Below, piece by piece: positions 57,821 through 64,000 of a stretch of 64,000 bases of DNA. The position numbers and the translations under genes were made by a program. How positions within the stretch are numbered: position 1 is the first letter of the stretch; each line of letters begins with the position of its first letter. The DNA comes from the human T2T-CHM13v2.0 reference genome, Homo sapiens. The notes below the pieces were generated by a model. It did not search any database and was not told the DNA's origin. It worked only from the letters and a program-made list of their open reading frames with translations. Location: NCBI RefSeq assembly GCF_009914755.1, contig NC_060938.1. One strand, given 5' to 3'.

Positions 57821-59613
57821 TTGCACTCGTTTCTTTTCTTTTTTTCCTACCTTAGAGCCTGTTATGTTAAAATTTTACTACTTTCTCCCCCCACTTAAGA
57901 GTTCAGTATTTATTAAATATCCAAAATGAGGAGATGCAAAACTTAAGGAAACGAACGATCTGTGGTGAGGTTGTAAAGCTATGAAAACAACATTGGTAAC
58001 CGAGCTTCATAATTAAATGACAAAGTTACAGAAAAAGAAAATATGAGTTAAAGTTTCTACATAGTAGAGCCTGTAGGCTTTTTTGTTTTGTTTCATTTTT
58101 AAAGAAATCTTTATTTGCACAGAGCATAATGTACTCTTTAGCTCTTTAGAAAAGCTAAACTCAGTTTATTTTGGTTCATCTTTTTCTTCTCTTTTTAAAC
58201 TCATTTCCATTTGCGGAAGAAATTAGGTGTACCATCCTTGTTTCTGGACCATGGCCAACTAAATTTTAGACCTTTTTTCTCAGCGACATGTAAGGGTAAC
58301 CAGAGATTGGGGCTGGGGGTGTTAGGTGGAGAGATAAAACAGGACATAAAACAGGAACGTGTAGGAGCTTCCTGTTGAAAATGGGACTGATTTATGTTGC
58401 GCCACCCTACCTTCCAGTGGAGTAATCTGAGCCAGCAGAGAAGAAACTTCCCTGCTGGTTGGGTGAATGCCCTTGAGGTGAGGGGGTTTCCTTCTTCCGG
58501 GAGAGATAAGCATTGTGGTATTCTGCCATTGCTCACACAGAAGTTTGGGTCTTATTCTACAGACAGACGCAGTAAAATAAGGGTGTTCCACTATCCCTTG
58601 AGACTGACAATCTGACCTTCTATCTGCTGCACTTCTACTTTTTTGGTATGGGAAATCAATTGGCCTCATTGAATTTTTGCTTTTAGTTTTTTTCTATGCC
58701 TAGCTAATCAAAAACAAAAACAAAACCCACATGCTTTGATGACACCTTGCTTTCAAAGGTTATATTTAAGTTAATTATTCTTAAATGATAGCTCATTTAT
58801 TTTTATTCAGTGGACTGTTGATGAGCTCTGGAGTGAGTCTTAGAAGCATGGGAAAGATTTGTGGCTTCTGGGTCTTTTAAACATGGATGATTTGCATAAG
58901 GGACAGAGCAACACAGTGATTTGGTTTGTGATCATGAGGGTACAAAAAACCATCAGGGCAGATCTTTTAATGGTAGGTAATGTTCACCAGTCAACAACCA
59001 TTTTCTCCTTTTATTCTGGCCTGGAGAGAGTAAGATAACCCCATTTGCAAATAGAACAGAGTGTTTTCTTAAAGGCATAGAGAGATGACACCAAAATGAC
59101 ATGGAGGGATGTCAGGAGCTGCTTTAGCTGGCCCGTAGTAAGTAGTAGTGCATTGGTGGGTGTGCCACAAAGTCAGGCGAAGCCATTTCTCTTTGCCTCT
59201 GGAGTCTGGGATGAGAAATTTCAACCTGTAGATTTCCAATTTGTTGCTTGTCATGTTGCACTAAGTTCTCCCTCTAATTAGGATTTAGTATGCCTAAGTT
59301 GAAATTGCGGGAAGCAGGCAATTACATAATGTTAGATTTCCCTTTTTCCAATTCAGGAAAGGCAGGAGAATGTGTGCTTGTTATGAATGCCAGCTTGGGG
59401 AGGGAGAATTGCTGGTTCACACAAACTCGGGGGTCACTCAAAGGCAACTTGAGCAGAACTGACAGCCAGTGCTGCTGCCATTGGATTCCTTTTTTCCTCT
59501 TTCCTCCCACAGAGCAGGTCTAGGTTAAATGAATTTCACAGATATGAAAGTTAATTGTGGTTATTTCTTTTCTCTTTCTACTTTTTCCACAAAGCCTTTT
59601 ACCAAAGCTATGA

Positions 59614-59970
<357 letters not shown>

Positions 59971-60143
59971 TAATGAGTTCTGAACTGCTCAGAAAGAAGC
60001 TATTGAGAAAGAAAAGCAAAGGGCTGTGTGCCAAACGATCGTGTTCCTATAATCAAGACTTGACTATGGTCAGTGTCTTTTACTCTGGCTCCATGTTATC
60101 TTTCTGTAATTCATTTTCTTCATATTGTAAATTATTTATCTAG

Positions 60144-60823
<680 letters not shown>

Positions 60824-61483
60824 TGAACCTCTATTTTTACATTTCTTTTCTATTTTACGTTTCTTTTCAGTTCTTGATGCTTATCATCAGTTCTTGATGC
60901 TCTTAGCTGCTAACTGGACTGTGGTATCCCATGTCTTCAGGAAGAGAGAGTCTGCTTATTAGGAGATGCTTATAAGATATAGAAATATAAATTAATAGGA
61001 TGTCCTAAAATTTTCACCAAATTTGACTTTTATTGCTTGCTTCACCTGTATATACCTAGGAATAAAAATGGAGTCAGTTTTTTTCCATATTCTTGCAAGA
61101 ATCATGGGGCTGTGGCTCTGAACCATACTGCTTGACTTTTAAAGACTTTTCAGAAACACATGTTCTTGAAATGTGGGTTAAATGTGTAGTTGATTTAACT
61201 CCTCCCTTTTCCCTAACCATACTTGTAGCTGCTCCACTGAAGACCTCAGAAGCTTCTGCCAGTATGCTTTCCCAGAGCCTAACTTCTTAGTAGCTGGTAT
61301 TTGACATACGAAGAGAGTGCTCTGTGTGCATATGTGTGCATGCTTGTGTGTTTGTTTGTGTAGTGGGGGGCAGATTTGACTCCTAGCTCAGAATGTGCTC
61401 TTGTGAAACATGTTAGGAAGCCTGAATATGGTTCCTAAACTGTGTCTCTTTTCCAGTTTGAGAAATGCCTGTGATTCTTCAAA

Positions 61484-61571
61484 GAGTCTCAGTATTGTTT
61501 TATTTTTTAAATTAGGATCTTAATGATGAGTCTCAGTATTGTTTTATTTTTTAAATTAGGATCTTAATGAT
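61484..61571. repeat. Perfect 44-bp tandem duplication
   Basis: GAGTCTCAGTATTGTTTTATTTTTTAAATTAGGATCTTAATGAT x2. Confidence 0.95.
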
Positions 61572-62214
61572 GATCCTTTGTAACAGGAAGCAAGGTATAG
61601 TAAATTGCATAACAAAATAATGTTTCAGTAGATAAATGGTAGGTTACAGAGAGCTGTAGGATTCACAGAAAAGGCTTATTAAAAGTTCAGGAACCTCAGC
61701 CTAATCTGGGTGAGATTGTTCTGAAGGCCATTTTCAAGGTGGTGGTTAAAAGTGCTGATTTTCTGTGGTTTGGGTGGGATGTGTGTTTGGGGAAGCAGTG
61801 AGTGCTTGAGTAGAGAATCACATGAACCTTGAGGCTTTTCTCCTGGGGGAGAATGCTAGATATTGAGGTTGATGGGTGATTTGAAGAAGCTCAGTAGGTG
61901 ATTCTGTTATGCTTCTCCCCCACCCAGTTGAAAACACAGTGGCTTTTATATAATTTTTAGATCTATGCTTGACAATAAGGTAAATAAGTAGTGGACTTAA
62001 ACCAGAATGCAGCCAACTGAGGATTGTAGAAACTTCATTTTGGATGGGTAAAAAGGAGAGCCTCTGGATCTTTTGTAGAGGCCCATTGATTCAAAAAGAT
62101 AACTTGGAATAACTCCTCAAATGACTGCCAACAGTTTAAAGGGTCAGACTGCTTAGACTCCTGCAGTGGAGATGGGACATGTACATGCAATTTGATAATT
62201 GTATGTTGGCACTT

Positions 62215-63292
<1,078 letters not shown>

Positions 63293-64000
63293 TTTTTTTC
63301 CTTCAGCATTGTGTTTTACTTTTTTGGGGAGAGGCTAGGAGGAGGAAGGGGTGAAAACAGGTTCTCATTGGAGTCTCCAAAGTGTATGCAACCTCTGGCA
63401 ATACAAGGATGGGATGAGATGGCCAGGCCAGTCAGATAGAAAATCCCCAAGATTCTTTTGGCGACTGATTTCTATAATTAAAATATGACAGGTGGAAAGG
63501 ACTAGTACATGGAATTCAATAAATGTCAGTTGTCTTTCCTAACTAGGTTCCTCATGGGCTAGGTTATGCCTAGATATCATCATCCTTCTCCAAATGAAGC
63601 TCGCCTAGAAAACTAGGGAACTAAAAGTGCAATACAGTTTGGGTAATGAAGTTGGTTAGCTGTCTCCCCATCCTCCCAACTCCACTATTCCAGGGAGGGG
63701 CTGAAAGTAGAAGTGGCTCCCCTGAAGTCTAGTTAGCATGTTGTGGGAGAGTCCACATGAAGGGCTGTGGGCTGTAACTCTCTAGTGCACAGTCCTCTCT
63801 TTTTGGCGATGAAAATTGTAGGGAAAGAAGCGGACATGCATGCTGATTTCACGAGCTGTCTTCAGGATCTCAGCAGCCTTGCTGTGCTCAATATCTTGGA
63901 AATCCACATCATTCACAGCTAGAACTTGGTCCCCTTCCTGAAGTCCTGCTCTATGTGCATCAGAGTCAGGAATCACCTTGGAGATGAAGATGCCTAGCTG
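63293..64000 (-). pseudogene. PDZD11: Processed (retro)copy of PDZD11: C-terminal CDS 64000-63782, 3' UTR, AGTAAA signal and residual poly-A; 5' part outside window
   Basis: Translation QLGIFISKVIPDSDAHRAGLQEGDQVLAVNDVDFQDIEHSKAAEILKTAREISMHVRFFPYNFHRQKERTVH* matches the PDZD11 PDZ domain/C-terminus as I recall it; no introns; T-run 63293-63299; inserted into L1. Symbol refers to the parent gene. Confidence 0.93.

Noticed and set aside
60867-60901. 15-bp direct repeat TCAGTTCTTGATGCT (similar case ATTATCAGTATGAAG at 17648-17677)
   Set aside because: Ordinary short slippage duplications.

Overview
Primate (human-like) genomic DNA, mostly interspersed repeats, with no intact cellular protein-coding exon that I can support. 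Positions 1-53.5 kb are intergenic-looking. They hold about 29 Alus, MIR/L2/CR1/L1/HAL1 fossils, hAT MITEs and many LTR elements, including a full-length THE1D MaLR provirus with TSD, a MER4A solo LTR, and a MER41B solo LTR split by two opposed Alus. A CpG-island promoter at ~53.55-55.2 kb (X-box, TCTCGCGAGA, GC boxes) appears to drive a + strand gene with non-coding 5' exons (clear 60-nt exon at 54568-54627) whose CDS lies beyond the window. The layout reminds me of MSANTD3 (9q31), but I cannot verify this and assign no symbol. At the right edge a processed PDZD11 retrocopy (minus strand, frame open in the visible part) is inserted into an old L1 in that intron. I found no convincing new biological system. 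The best leads are regulatory or structural: the MER41B GAS site beside an ARE/ETS cluster, a perfect antisense splice donor in the island, the retrocopy, a TEAD-like perfect hairpin, a 32-bp Alu snippet insertion and a perfect 44-bp tandem duplication. Repeat family names come from recalled consensus sequences, and boundaries of old repeats are approximate.
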